Program-made: the position numbers and the translations under genes | In this document: one piece after another, positions 46,964 to 55,948 of the stretch | Layout: each line of letters begins with the position of its first letter | Position numbering within the stretch: position 1 is the first letter of the stretch | The notes under the pieces: model-generated | Told to the model about the DNA's origin: nothing | What the model saw: the letters and a program-made list of their open reading frames with translations, nothing else | Database searches by the model: none | Source of the DNA: an uncultured Flavobacteriaceae bacterium | GTDB taxonomy: Bacteria > Bacteroidota > Bacteroidia > Flavobacteriales > Flavobacteriaceae | Length of the DNA: 64,000 nt | Direction of reading: 5' to 3' | Assembly (NCBI GenBank): GCA_963977065.1 | Contig: CAXBNF010000003.1 | Location: 71,401 to 135,400 of the forward strand

Positions 46964-46999
46964 AAAAAAGACCTGTTTTAGCTAAAACAGGTCTTTTTT
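46964..46999. terminator. Strong bidirectional Rho-independent terminator
   Basis: aaaaaaGACCTGTTTTagctAAAACAGGTCtttttt. A 10-bp stem with A-run and T-run flanks, between convergent ohr and sodC. Confidence 0.85.
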
Positions 47000-47019
47000 A
47001 ATTATTGTGGAAAGCATTC

Positions 47020-47601
47020 TTATTTTATAATTCCACCACAACTAATGCGTCCACCTGCATCACCGGTGGGTTGTGTTACAAAATCATCCACACCTTCGTG
47101 AACAATGACAGACTTTCCAAGGATGTTCTTGGTTTCATCATCGCAGCCAATACACCATTGGTCTGTTTCAAAATGAATCATTCCATTTCCGTTTTCATCA
47201 GCTTCAAAGTTGCCTATATCTCCTTTGTGATACCCCTCTGCATCCCCCCATTTTCCATGGCGTTCAAAAGTTGGGTTCCAATGCCCCCCAGTTGAAGTGC
47301 CATCAGGAGCAGAACAATCGGCTTTCTCGTGTAAATGAATGGCATGCATTCCGGGAGTTAAGCCTTCAAATTCACCGTGCATTGATACAATCCCTTCTTT
47401 TTCACTAAATGTAACTTTTCCCTTAGTGTTTGAATTACTTCTGGGTTCCATCATTATAATGAGTTCTTTTACTTCAACATTTTCTTCAACGGTTTCTTTA
47501 ACGATTTCTTCTTGAGTCTCATTAGTATCATTCTTATTGTTTTTGCAACTAATAAAAGCAACAAAAAGAAACATATAAATGGCTAAAAATTTAATATTCA
47601 T
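47020..47601 (-). CDS. sodC: Cu,Zn superoxide dismutase (lipoprotein)
   Basis: Lipobox FISC, then HAIHLHEKADCS, GGHWNP, GDIGN, and VIVHEGVDD. Confidence 0.9.
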   Translation of the reverse strand: MNIKFLAIYMFLFVAFISCKNNKNDTNETQEEIVKETVEENVEVKELIIMMEPRSNSNTKGKVTFSEKEGIVSMHGEFEGLTPGMHAIHLHEKADCSAPDGTSTGGHWNPTFERHGKWGDAEGYHKGDIGNFEADENGNGMIHFETDQWCIGCDDETKNILGKSVIVHEGVDDFVTQPTGDAGGRISCGGIIK

Positions 47602-47696
47602 ACTAGTTTGATTTAATTTTTAATTTTTTCTACAAGTTACAAGTTGTAGCAGAACTAAACAAAATTTTAATAAACATTTTTAAAATTATTTATAGA

Positions 47697-49592
47697 CTAA
47701 TAGATTTCAGTTTCACCTTTTAAATGTGTATTTAAAAACTCAAGAATATTTTCATTGGCTTTAATTTGATTTTCTTTTTTTACAAAGCCATGACCTTCAT
47801 CCTCAAACAAAACATATTCAACGGGAACTCCATTTTTCCGTACGTTTTCAACTATTTCATCAGATTCTATTTGTAAAACCCTGGGATCTGTAGCCCCTTG
47901 AAGTACTAAAAGTGGCTTTGTTACATTTTCGGTATGAAATAAGGGCGAAATTCGATGCAATCGAATGCTATCTTCTGTGTTAGGGTCACCCATTTCAAGA
48001 TATAATGCATCTTTAAAAGATTCCCACCAGGGCGGAATGCTTTTTAATGTTCGCAACCAGTTTGTAACACCATAAATATTTACACCCACATCAAACTCTT
48101 CAGGCGCAAAAGTAAGGGCAGCCATAGTCATATAACCACCATAGGAACCCCCAATTATCCCAATTCTTTCTCCGTCTATATCAGGTTGTTGAGCCAGCCA
48201 ATTTTTGCCTTCAATGCAATCTTGTAAATCTCCTTCGCCATGGTTTTGATCATCTAGTTGAAAAAATGTTTTTCCATAACCACTGCTGCCACGATTATTT
48301 ACTGCAAGCACTGCATAACCGTGATTTACCAAGTACTGAATAAGGGAACTAAACCCTTGTCTTGATTGGCCCCCGGGACCGCCATGAACCCAAACCAATG
48401 CCGGTACGGGATTGTCTGCAGAGGCGTTGTGTGGTTTGTAATAAACAGATGGTATTTCAAGACCGTCAAACGATGGGTACCTAATAATTTCAGCAGCAAC
48501 AAGGTCTTCAGGATTGATTTCATCATTTAAAGCATCAGTTAATTTTACGTGCTCCTTATTTTCAAGATTGTAAGCATACAAATTTGTGGGTGTATGTGAT
48601 CCGCCTACATTTAGCAATGCCATGGTTTCATCTTGTGAAAACCGTATTCCGGTGATAAATTCATTGTCAAAATTTGGTAAGTCAAGGTTTTTGCCTGTTG
48701 CTGTTTCAGTAATTTCTAATGTGTTGGCAGCATCTTCATTGATGAAAACCGTGCGGTATTTTCCGTTATGACTAAATCCAACTCCCCTGATATCCCACTC
48801 TTTTTCGAGTACTTTTTCTGAGGTTTTGTTTGTGATATCATATCGCATTGCCACAGCAAATTCGCCATCGGCATCAGTTGTATAATAAAGATAAGTATCG
48901 TCAACAGAAAAATCCTGAGCAGAGTTTCCGCTTTGGTTTTCGTTTATTTTAGTAAAACTCTGTTCAGCGATATCATATACATACAAATCAGAATCGTTTG
49001 TATTCAATGCTTTTGAAAAAGCAATGTATTTTCCGGTATTTGAAATTCCACCAAAATCATAAGCATCTTTGTTGTCAAAAATTAGAGATGAACTGAAGGT
49101 TTGCAAATCCATTTCATACACGTCTGTGAAACGTGGGTCTCTTTCATTACTTCCATAATAAAGTTTGTTGCCATCTTTTGACCAGCCATAAAATAAAGCA
49201 CGCGCATTTTCTGCAGGTGTTAAGCGAGTGATTTCACCATCATCCATCATAAATATTTTGTAGATCTCATCGCCGTTTCCATCCATTCTAAAAAGAATTC
49301 TGTCATCGTTTGGAAAATAAGAAATAGAGTACACAGAGGAAGAGTCTGAAGCCGTAACAGGAGTCATTTCACCACCTGATGCAGGAAGTGTGTAGATATT
49401 ATAAATTCCTGATCGATTACTGCTAACGAGTACTGTGGAGTTGTCTTTTGAAAAACCGCTTCCAAAAACGGCTTCATTGTCCATAAACTGAGCAATGGTG
49501 TATTGAGCGATTTCTTTTTCTAGTTGTGTTTCTTTTTCCGCGCAGGAAATAAGCAGAAACAGCAATGCTGCAACTAAACTGATTTGTTTCAT
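47697..49592 (-). CDS. S9 family serine peptidase (prolyl oligopeptidase type, lipoprotein)
   Basis: Lipobox LISC, a beta-propeller half, GGSYGGYMTM, GATDPRV, and EDEGHGF. Confidence 0.9.
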   Translation of the reverse strand: MKQISLVAALLFLLISCAEKETQLEKEIAQYTIAQFMDNEAVFGSGFSKDNSTVLVSSNRSGIYNIYTLPASGGEMTPVTASDSSSVYSISYFPNDDRILFRMDGNGDEIYKIFMMDDGEITRLTPAENARALFYGWSKDGNKLYYGSNERDPRFTDVYEMDLQTFSSSLIFDNKDAYDFGGISNTGKYIAFSKALNTNDSDLYVYDIAEQSFTKINENQSGNSAQDFSVDDTYLYYTTDADGEFAVAMRYDITNKTSEKVLEKEWDIRGVGFSHNGKYRTVFINEDAANTLEITETATGKNLDLPNFDNEFITGIRFSQDETMALLNVGGSHTPTNLYAYNLENKEHVKLTDALNDEINPEDLVAAEIIRYPSFDGLEIPSVYYKPHNASADNPVPALVWVHGGPGGQSRQGFSSLIQYLVNHGYAVLAVNNRGSSGYGKTFFQLDDQNHGEGDLQDCIEGKNWLAQQPDIDGERIGIIGGSYGGYMTMAALTFAPEEFDVGVNIYGVTNWLRTLKSIPPWWESFKDALYLEMGDPNTEDSIRLHRISPLFHTENVTKPLLVLQGATDPRVLQIESDEIVENVRKNGVPVEYVLFEDEGHGFVKKENQIKANENILEFLNTHLKGETEIY

Positions 49593-49675
49593 TGATTGAT
49601 AAGTTTTGGTTATTAATTGCTCTAAGGTAGTAAAAATACTGATAACAAGCGGATTGTGTTTTAAGAAAAAGAAGT

Positions 49676-50248
49676 TTAATTCTTCTTTAGTTTCTTAATT
49701 CTTCTTGGATTCCACCAAAGATAAAAACCGGTAACAGAGAGAAACATAAGTGCCAAACATGTAATGGTAACATAGGTTTTCTTAACCTCTTCATTGTTTG
49801 TTTTGAATAAAAAATCAAGGATGGAGCCATCGTGAATTTGCTCAATGATGTCTGATGTTCTGGTTTTCACCGAAAGGATTTCACCAGATTTAATCCCCAC
49901 CTGAACTTCGCTATAATGGTGCTCAAAACGCACTTTTGCAACACCTTGACGTGGTCTGATATCAAGTCTGTTTACTTCAGGATCAAGATCTGTATTTTCT
50001 AGAATATAAGTAGTGGCGATTTTTTCAATTTCATCTAAAGAAAGTGATGGTAAATTGACTGTATCCTTTTGAGTTGGAGGTATAAATTTAAATTCTTTTT
50101 TCCAGGCTAAAAGTAAACCTGTAGCGGCAATGATAAACATAAATACAAAAGTTGCGATCGCAATGTATTTATGAATTTTTCGGAACCAGCGTGTGGATTT
50201 TGCAATTTTTTTAGTGGAATTTTCCAAGAATTTTTTTTTGAAAATCAA
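49676..50248 (-). CDS. PepSY-associated TM-helix membrane protein
   Basis: TTG start. N-terminal RWFRKIHKYIAIATFVFMFIIAATGLLLAW and a C-terminal TM (LSVTGFYLWW). Confidence 0.55.
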   Translation of the reverse strand: MIFKKKFLENSTKKIAKSTRWFRKIHKYIAIATFVFMFIIAATGLLLAWKKEFKFIPPTQKDTVNLPSLSLDEIEKIATTYILENTDLDPEVNRLDIRPRQGVAKVRFEHHYSEVQVGIKSGEILSVKTRTSDIIEQIHDGSILDFLFKTNNEEVKKTYVTITCLALMFLSVTGFYLWWNPRRIKKLKKN

Positions 50249-50298
50249 AAATACATAAATCCCGTTGATAACCTAAAAAATAAATGTTAATCATAACC

Positions 50299-50306
50299 TA
50301 TATTTG
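50299..50306 (+). promoter_or_regulatory. Candidate -7 promoter box TATATTTG
   Basis: Matches TAnnTTTG, 17 nt upstream of ATG 50324. Confidence 0.4.
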
Positions 50307-50323
50307 TAGTGTCAATATAACCC

Positions 50324-51877
50324 ATGCAAAAAGAAATCTCCATACAAGTTTCACCCGAAGTTGCTTCAAACAAAAACGCATTGTATCATTTTGTTTCCAA
50401 AAAAAGTGGCATTTCATTTAATGAAATCAGGCATGTTGAAATCCTAAAACGCAGTATTGATGCCCGTCAAAAAAGTATAAAAATCAACTTGAAAGTACAG
50501 ATTTTTGTCAATGAAGATTTTGAAGAAACACCAATAAAAAAGCCGGAATACAAAGATGTAACCAAAGCAGCATCTATTTTAATAATAGGTGCCGGCCCTG
50601 CAGGATTGTTTGCAGCCCTTCGCTGCATTGAATTGGGAAAAAAACCAATAGTAATAGAAAGAGGTAAAGATGTGAGGGCACGACGCAGAGATTTAAAAAA
50701 ACTAAATATTGAGCACATTGTCAATGAAGATTCCAATTATTGTTTTGGGGAAGGTGGTGCCGGCACCTACTCAGATGGGAAACTCTACACCCGAAGTAAA
50801 AAACGCGGCGATGTTCAGCGCATTTTGGAGTTACTTGTTGCTTTTGGTGCAACACGACAAATTTTGGTAGAAGCCCACCCGCACATTGGCACTAATAAAC
50901 TTCCCGCTATTATTCAGGAAATAACGCAAACCATTATTGATTGTGGAGGTGAAGTTCATTTTGAAAGCAGGGTTGTGGATATTCAAATTAAAAACAATGA
51001 AATTTTAGGTGTAAGACTTCAAAAAGGCGATGCCCTCGAGGCTAAAAAACTAATTCTTGCCACTGGCCATTCTGCAAGGGATATCTTTGAATTATTATAT
51101 CATAAGGGAATCGCCATTGAGGCCAAACCTTTTGCTCTTGGGGTGCGTGTAGAACACCCTCAGGAACTCATTGACAGTATTCAATACAAATGTGATTATC
51201 GTGGCGAATTTCTACCACCGGCACCATACAGCATTGTGAAACAAGTGGATGGAAGAGGAGTTTATTCCTTTTGTATGTGTCCGGGTGGGATTATTGCTCC
51301 CTGTGCGACCTCACCGGGTGAAATAGTTACAAATGGCTGGTCACCGAGTAAAAGGGATCAGGCCACGGCCAATTCAGGTATTGTTGTGGAGGTAGGTCCC
51401 AAAGACTTTAAAAAATTTGGAGACACACCCTTGTCTGCAATGTATTTTCAGCAGCAAGTGGAACAAAAAGCGTGGTTGGAAGGCGGAAAAACCCAAACCG
51501 CACCCGCACAACGACTGGTAGATTTCAGCTCTGGAAAACTGTCAGCAGACTTACCGGTAACTTCCTATAAACCCGGAGTGCAATCGGTTGAATTGGGGAG
51601 TGTATTACCTGATTTTATTTACAATAGATTGCAAAAGGGTTTTGTAGAATTTGGAAAAAGCATGAAAGGCTATTTTACCAATGAAGCCGTGGTACATGCC
51701 ACAGAATCTAGAACTTCTTCACCGGTGCGTATTCCCAGAGATCAAGAAACATTAGAGCATATTCAAATCAAGGGTTTGTATCCTTGTGGCGAAGGTGCCG
51801 GTTATGCCGGGGGAATTGTTTCTGCTGCAATTGATGGGGAGAAGTGTGCGGAGAAAGCTGTATTTTCTTTCGTGTAA
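50324..51877 (+). CDS. FAD-dependent oxidoreductase of unknown specificity (COG2509-like)
   Basis: Dinucleotide fold ILIIGAGPAGLFAAL, then GGAGTYSDGK and a C-terminal CGEGAGYAGGI. Confidence 0.75.
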   Translation: MQKEISIQVSPEVASNKNALYHFVSKKSGISFNEIRHVEILKRSIDARQKSIKINLKVQIFVNEDFEETPIKKPEYKDVTKAASILIIGAGPAGLFAALRCIELGKKPIVIERGKDVRARRRDLKKLNIEHIVNEDSNYCFGEGGAGTYSDGKLYTRSKKRGDVQRILELLVAFGATRQILVEAHPHIGTNKLPAIIQEITQTIIDCGGEVHFESRVVDIQIKNNEILGVRLQKGDALEAKKLILATGHSARDIFELLYHKGIAIEAKPFALGVRVEHPQELIDSIQYKCDYRGEFLPPAPYSIVKQVDGRGVYSFCMCPGGIIAPCATSPGEIVTNGWSPSKRDQATANSGIVVEVGPKDFKKFGDTPLSAMYFQQQVEQKAWLEGGKTQTAPAQRLVDFSSGKLSADLPVTSYKPGVQSVELGSVLPDFIYNRLQKGFVEFGKSMKGYFTNEAVVHATESRTSSPVRIPRDQETLEHIQIKGLYPCGEGAGYAGGIVSAAIDGEKCAEKAVFSFV

Positions 51878-51878
51878 G

Positions 51879-52973
51879 CTATCTTAAATCCATTACAATT
51901 TTGTGCATTTCCTTTTCATTTTTTTCCAGTTTTTGAAGGAATTTCCACTGTACTCTAGTGCGGATGAGGTTGTGTTCTGAATAAGTGGTTTTATAATACA
52001 GATCGCCATCTAAGTAATCTGTTAAAAACCGCAGTCCGATGATGAACGTCATATAGTGAGTTGAGGAAACTAGATGAGAAATTTCGTTTTGAGTTAAAAT
52101 GGCAGATGTGCTTTGTAAGAATCCTTTAGTATAACTTTTAAAGAGGTTTAAATCCAAAGTAACTTTTTGAAGGTTTTTTTCATCCTCTGAAGCTGTATTT
52201 GCACCGGTCCTGATAGCATCACCAAAATCAAATAATAGGCTACCCGGCATGACGGTATCTAAATCAATCACCGCAATAGCTTTGTTGTTTATATCAAACA
52301 GCACATTGTTACATTTGGTGTCATTATGAATTAAGCGTTTTGGGACAGAACCTTCTTCAATAAAATGATGGAGTTTTAAAAAGGTGTCTATTTTTTGAAA
52401 GGCGAAATCAATTTCATCAATAGCCACTTTTGCTCTGTTTTTTGAATCTTTTTGCAGGATAGACTGAAAGTCCTCCCATCGTTTTTCCAAATTGTGAAAA
52501 TTTGGAATGGCAGTGTACATCTTTTGAACAGGAAAATCACTCAACAAATTGATAAATTGCCCCTGAATTTTTCCACATTCATAAGCAATTTCCTGTGTTT
52601 CCATTTTTTGAAAAGAATGAGTTTCAGGAAGGAGGGAGTATAAGCGCCATTGTGAATTTTTTGAATTTTTGTAAAACAGTTTGTCATCTTTTGTGGGTAT
52701 TACCTTAAAAACAGAAAAACGGGTGTCTGTGAGCTTATCGAGTTTGTGGGATATGTGTTTTGTAACCAAATCAATAGAAGTCATTAACTTTTCAACATCT
52801 TTAAAAACAGATTGATTAATCTTTTGGAGAAAATAACCGATGTTTGGTGGTGAATTGTGTAGAACTTTATAAGAATTGTGAATATGACCCTCTTGTACAG
52901 TTTCAATTTTTACATCTAAAGATTTGACTTTGAACTGTTTTAAAGTTTCTAATAAATGGGTGGTTGAACACAT
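51879..52973 (-). CDS. NahK/AmgK-like anomeric N-acetylhexosamine (or MurNAc) 1-kinase, APH fold
   Basis: LIHNDTKCNNVLFD, IDLDTVMPGSLLFDFGDAIRTGANTASEDEKNL, and RFLTDYLDGDLYYKTTYSEHNLIRTRVQ. From memory these closely parallel Bifidobacterium NahK motifs. Confidence 0.75.
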   Translation of the reverse strand: MCSTTHLLETLKQFKVKSLDVKIETVQEGHIHNSYKVLHNSPPNIGYFLQKINQSVFKDVEKLMTSIDLVTKHISHKLDKLTDTRFSVFKVIPTKDDKLFYKNSKNSQWRLYSLLPETHSFQKMETQEIAYECGKIQGQFINLLSDFPVQKMYTAIPNFHNLEKRWEDFQSILQKDSKNRAKVAIDEIDFAFQKIDTFLKLHHFIEEGSVPKRLIHNDTKCNNVLFDINNKAIAVIDLDTVMPGSLLFDFGDAIRTGANTASEDEKNLQKVTLDLNLFKSYTKGFLQSTSAILTQNEISHLVSSTHYMTFIIGLRFLTDYLDGDLYYKTTYSEHNLIRTRVQWKFLQKLEKNEKEMHKIVMDLR

Positions 52974-52986
52974 TAAAAAAATAAAA

Positions 52987-53913
52987 TTAAAGGTTAAAAA
53001 GATTTTTGGGATACAGACCCTTTCGGGTCATTTCTTCGAGATTACTCTTGGCCAGTATTTTATCTTCTGGAAAGGTTAATCCAAACCAACTTTCTCCAGA
53101 ACTTAAAACTTTAATTTTCACATCATGACTTTTTATGATTTGATCGATGGTTTTTGGCAGAAAATATTCTTTATCAAGTGAGTTGAAGTTTGCTTTCAAA
53201 AACAATTTGAAACAAGGTGCTGCCCATTTAAAATAGAAAGGAGTTAACCCCCACATATTCATAGATACAAGGGTGTTTTTAGGAATTACTTCCTTTACGG
53301 AATTATGTGAGGATATGATTTGATTATTTTCAAGTTTAATGGCTGTTTTTTCTTCTACAGTTAGCAGAAAATTGTCATCATTTATTTTACAAATTCCTCT
53401 TGAAACGGCTCCATTTTCTGATAAGGTTTTTTCAACAGGAAAAGCCATTAATGCAAATTCTTTTAGATTAAAACTCAAATAGTGTTTTAGATAATCAAAC
53501 ATTAATTTGTAAGAAGAGCTCCCATAATAATCATCTGCATTGATGACTAAAAAAGGTTCATTGATTATCTCTTTAGCTGTCCAAATGGCGTGTCCGGTTC
53601 CCCAGGGCTTTTGCCTTAGAAGATTTGGTTTGAAGGGTGGGGGAAGCAAGTCAATCTCTTGAAAAACATAGTTAACTTCTACAAGATGTTTTAGTTTTTG
53701 GTCATATTTCTCAATAAAAGATTTCCCAAATGATTTTCTAATGACAAAAGTTATTTTTTTAAAACCGGCTTTTAATGCATCATAGAGGGCATAATCGAGC
53801 AGGCTATTTTCTGAAGAATTGACCACATCGATTTGTTTTAATTGCCCATATCTACTACCCATTCCGGCAGCGAGTACAAGAAGTGAAGGACTCTTATGAT
53901 GTGGTGTTTTCAA
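52987..53913 (-). CDS. Sugar-1-phosphate nucleotidyltransferase
   Basis: LVLAAGMGSRYGQLKQ (G-x-G-x-R...K loop), KPWGTGHA, and VINADDYY. Confidence 0.8.
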   Translation of the reverse strand: MKTPHHKSPSLLVLAAGMGSRYGQLKQIDVVNSSENSLLDYALYDALKAGFKKITFVIRKSFGKSFIEKYDQKLKHLVEVNYVFQEIDLLPPPFKPNLLRQKPWGTGHAIWTAKEIINEPFLVINADDYYGSSSYKLMFDYLKHYLSFNLKEFALMAFPVEKTLSENGAVSRGICKINDDNFLLTVEEKTAIKLENNQIISSHNSVKEVIPKNTLVSMNMWGLTPFYFKWAAPCFKLFLKANFNSLDKEYFLPKTIDQIIKSHDVKIKVLSSGESWFGLTFPEDKILAKSNLEEMTRKGLYPKNLFNL

Positions 53914-53924
53914 TTTTTCTTAGA

Positions 53925-55703
53925 TTAAAAAACAGATTTCCGGCTTTTGTGTATAAACCATCCGCAAAGAACAAAAATGGAAGTTGCAATGAGTGCCTGT
54001 GTCCATTGACCGTAAATCCAAAATCCGGTGCCAAACAAAGCCGCATAAACCATAAACACCCCGGCAAACATAGCGCTCAATTCTTTAGTGAAATTGGAAG
54101 TTTTGAATGATGTTGTATCAAGCGCATTTCGTTGAACTACTTTTTTAAATCCAAAAAGATGCGGTTTTACTTTTTGTATGAAATTTATGAGAACGCTATC
54201 TTTTTCAGGTTTTGTGAGAAGAGTAACTGCAATCCATCCCACAGTTGAAATTACAATGGAGAGAAGCAATCGATAATGTTCAGGAAAATCGCTCCAGAAT
54301 TCAGAATATTTAGGCAATACAACTGTAAACAATAAAGCAGATATAAATGAAATAACCATTGCGGAAATTTCGCTCAATGCATTGATACGCCACCAAAACC
54401 ATCTTAAAATAAAAAGCAAACCGGTACCGGCACCAATGAGTAATATGATTTGAAAAACTTGCAAGGCATTTTGCAAAACCAGTGCTAAAAATGCAGCTGC
54501 AACCATGATAAAAACCGTAAACAAACGCCCCACGGAAACAAGTTCGTTATCTTTTGCTTTAGGTCTTATAAAACGATGGTAAAAATCGTGAACTGCATAA
54601 CTCGCTCCCCAGTTTAAATGGGTAGAAAGTGTGGACATCAATGCAGCAATCAAGGAAGCTAAGACAAGGCCCAGCAATCCGGCAGGTAAAAAAGTAAGCA
54701 TCGCCGGATAAGCCATATCGTCGTTAATTACTGACTCTTCAACATTAGGAAAAGCTGTTCTTAACGCATCCAAGTCTGGAAAAACAACCATTGATGCCAA
54801 AGCGATTAAAATCCAGGGCCATGGTCTGATTCCATAATGAGCAATATTAAATAAAAGTGAAGCTTTCACGGCGTGTTTCTCATCTTTTGCCGCAAGCATG
54901 CGTTGCACAATATAGCCACCACCGCCGGGTTCTGCACCGGGATACCAAACCGCCCACCACTGCACAGCCAGTGGAATAATCAACAAGGATACCCATGCCG
55001 TTGTATCATTAAATTCCGGAATAAAGCGCAACGAATCCTGGAGTTCTGGTTTGGCTAAAAGTTGAGATAAACCACCCACTTCAGGAAGATTGACTACATA
55101 AATTGCAGCAAAAATAGCTCCTGCCATTGCAATGGCAAATTGAAATAAGTCAGTCAATATCACAGACCGCAACCCTCCTAAAACCGTATAAATAAGTGTA
55201 ATTACAGAAACGATAACGACAGTCTCAACAGCACTCATTCCCAGCATGGTAGCGCTAATTTTGATTCCTGCCAACAAGACGGATGCTAAAATTAAAATAT
55301 TAAAAATAATCCCCAGATAGATGGCTCTAAACGCTCTTAAAAAAGCAGCTGCCTTACCTCCATACCGGAGTTCATAAAACTCCAGGTCTGTTGAAAAACC
55401 AGACCTGCGCCATAATTTCGCATACACAAAAACAGTAAGCATTCCTGTGAGTAAAAAAGCCCACCAAACCCAGTTTCCGGCAATGCCGTTTTTTCTAACA
55501 ATATCAGTAACAAGATTGGGTGTGTCTGCAGAGAAGGTTGTGGCCACCATAGAAATTCCCAAAAGCCACCAAGGCATATTTCTTCCGGATAAAAAATATT
55601 CATTGAATCCCTTTCCGGCTTTTTTTGCTGTAAAAATGCCAATAAGAAGCGTTAAGGTAAAAAAGGAGAAAATAATGACGAGATCAAGCGTGCTTAAGTT
55701 CAT
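53925..55703 (-). CDS. Sodium:solute symporter (SSS) family transporter
   Basis: 592 aa with about 13-14 TM segments. N-terminal FNEYFLSGRNMPWWLLGISMVATTFSADTP is typical of the SSS family. Confidence 0.85.
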   Translation of the reverse strand: MNLSTLDLVIIFSFFTLTLLIGIFTAKKAGKGFNEYFLSGRNMPWWLLGISMVATTFSADTPNLVTDIVRKNGIAGNWVWWAFLLTGMLTVFVYAKLWRRSGFSTDLEFYELRYGGKAAAFLRAFRAIYLGIIFNILILASVLLAGIKISATMLGMSAVETVVIVSVITLIYTVLGGLRSVILTDLFQFAIAMAGAIFAAIYVVNLPEVGGLSQLLAKPELQDSLRFIPEFNDTTAWVSLLIIPLAVQWWAVWYPGAEPGGGGYIVQRMLAAKDEKHAVKASLLFNIAHYGIRPWPWILIALASMVVFPDLDALRTAFPNVEESVINDDMAYPAMLTFLPAGLLGLVLASLIAALMSTLSTHLNWGASYAVHDFYHRFIRPKAKDNELVSVGRLFTVFIMVAAAFLALVLQNALQVFQIILLIGAGTGLLFILRWFWWRINALSEISAMVISFISALLFTVVLPKYSEFWSDFPEHYRLLLSIVISTVGWIAVTLLTKPEKDSVLINFIQKVKPHLFGFKKVVQRNALDTTSFKTSNFTKELSAMFAGVFMVYAALFGTGFWIYGQWTQALIATSIFVLCGWFIHKSRKSVF

Positions 55704-55752
55704 GAAGTTTTAGTGTTAGGTAGATTGCCGGAACAATTCCATTTGATTCAAC

Positions 55753-55760
55753 CAAAACTA
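55753..55760 (-). promoter_or_regulatory. Candidate -7 promoter box (TAGTTTTG on minus strand)
   Basis: Matches TAnnTTTG, about 50 nt upstream of ATG 55703. Confidence 0.35.
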
Positions 55761-55948
55761 CATAAAATATTCTAATATTAAAATGTAAAAAACTAAGACA
55801 TAGAGTACACTCAGAGACAATAAAAAACACACAATAGATTCTCTGGATACCGGGTGATGGGAGCTAGATGATTAAATAGGACGTAATTGGGAGATTCTAT
55901 GGATGATCAATCAACTATATAAAACCAACAATAATCAATAGAAAATTA

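Noticed and set aside
55337-55642. Same-strand alternative-frame ORFs inside the symporter (55337-55642) and the ABC exporter (58341-58640)
   Set aside because: They are out of frame within genes whose main frames carry complete family motifs. Nothing suggests frameshifting, since the main frames are uninterrupted.
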